From a virus (taxonomy: Duplodnaviria > Caudoviricetes): a stretch of DNA of 54,387 nt. The stretch is from positions 1 to 54,387 of the IMG/VR virus record IMGVR_UViG_3300019889_000002; one strand, written 5' to 3'. The notes below the pieces were generated by a model. That model ran no database searches. It was not told the DNA's origin and worked only from the letters and a program-made list of their open reading frames with translations. This document shows, piece by piece, positions 53,783 through 54,387 of the stretch. The position numbers and the translations under genes were made by a program. Position 1 is the first letter of the stretch. Each line of letters begins with the position of its first letter.

Positions 53783-54387
53783 ATGAATACTGAGCATTCT
53801 AGTTCGGCTACCCCCGATGACGGCCCGGTCCATGTTCAAACCGGCCGCACCTTCCCTTATTCACAGCCCGGCGACTGGGTGATGATTGCTGACCCGTTGG
53901 TGTTGTCTGCCCAGCAGAAAGCCCTGTACGTCGTGTTGTGCGGTCACACGCGACCGCACCAAGGTCGCATGACGTGTTGGCCTACCCAAGAAACCTTGGG
54001 GGCGATGCTGGGCGTTACACCTCGAACGATCCACACGTGGATTGAACGGCTCAAAGCGATCGGCGCTATCGACGCCGTGGAGTATCGCGAGGGTGGACAC
54101 CGGCGGTTGCGGATCACAGTGCACCAGACACCACCGGACGACTACGAAGGTCCTATCTCGTACGGGTCCCGCGACGGCTGGTACGCCCGCCGGAAACGGA
54201 ACGAACACATTCAATCTGATCAAGCACCCACCGGAAACTCACTTCCGGTGGCGGGGGGGTCCACCGGAAACTCACTTCCGGTGGCGGGGGGGTCCACCGG
54301 AAATCAGCTTCCGGTGGCCACCGGAAATCAGCTTCCGGTAAAGAACACCAATACAAGAACACCAGACAAAGAACTAAGAACTAAACC
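53783..54387 (+). CDS. Replication initiator, N-terminal HTH part (full gene 53783-54260 + 1-518, 331 aa)
   Basis: Hand translation: KALYVVL...CWPTQETLGAMLGVTPRTIHTWIERLKAIGAI winged HTH; absent from the ORF track because it has no stop before the window end. Confidence 0.85.
   Translation, partial: MNTEHSSSATPDDGPVHVQTGRTFPYSQPGDWVMIADPLVLSAQQKALYVVLCGHTRPHQGRMTCWPTQETLGAMLGVTPRTIHTWIERLKAIGAIDAVEYREGGHRRLRITVHQTPPDDYEGPISYGSRDGWYARRKRNEHIQSDQAPTGNSLPVAGGSTGNSLPVAGGSTGNQLPVATGNQLPVKNTNTRTPDKELRTK
54228..54341. repeat. Four palindromic 24-bp iterons
   Basis: CCACCGGAAA(CTCAC/TCAGC)TTCCGGT at 54228, 54261, 54294, 54318. Confidence 0.85.

Noticed and set aside
54228-54341. Palindromic repeats as a mini-CRISPR array
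   Set aside because: Spacers are 9, 9 and 0 nt and non-unique, the repeats lie in a coding frame, and there are no cas genes
54261-54387. Terminal repeat as a biological direct terminal repeat
   Set aside because: 127 nt equals a common assembler k-mer length and it falls mid-gene within the iteron array; more likely an assembly overlap

Overview
The window is an apparently complete, circularly closed genome (~54,260 bp) of a high-GC tailed phage, most likely a siphovirus of an actinomycete host (WhiB, DUF1360-like and actinophage-type virion genes). The first 127 nt are repeated exactly at the end, probably an assembly overlap, and the replication-initiator gene runs across this junction. 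Rightward arm: HTH replication initiator with internal iterons, DnaC-like loader, YqaJ/RecT recombination pair, many small Cys/His-rich and membrane ORFs, terminase, portal, MuF, protease, two capsid proteins, tail genes, tape measure, baseplate and lysis genes. Leftward arm (44.7-53.7 kb): small early genes, a WhiB-XRE fusion, an HNH gene and an atypical tRNA with anticodon TAA. Most notable: (1) a glycan-modification block (GT32, two methyltransferases, two GT-A paralogues, Stealth-like phosphotransferase, plus an upstream nitroreductase) inside the virion operon, while four virion proteins end in Ser-Pro, suggesting a virion phosphoglycan-decoration system; (2) a PhoD phosphatase fused to the tail-tip protein; (3) an in-frame TAG-ATG junction between the tail chaperones; (4) a counter-oriented cassette with a second initiator-like gene and a displaced holin; (5) a repeated promoter architecture. 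No integrase, stand-alone repressor or parAB was recognised. All functional calls come from motif recognition by eye; no searches were run.
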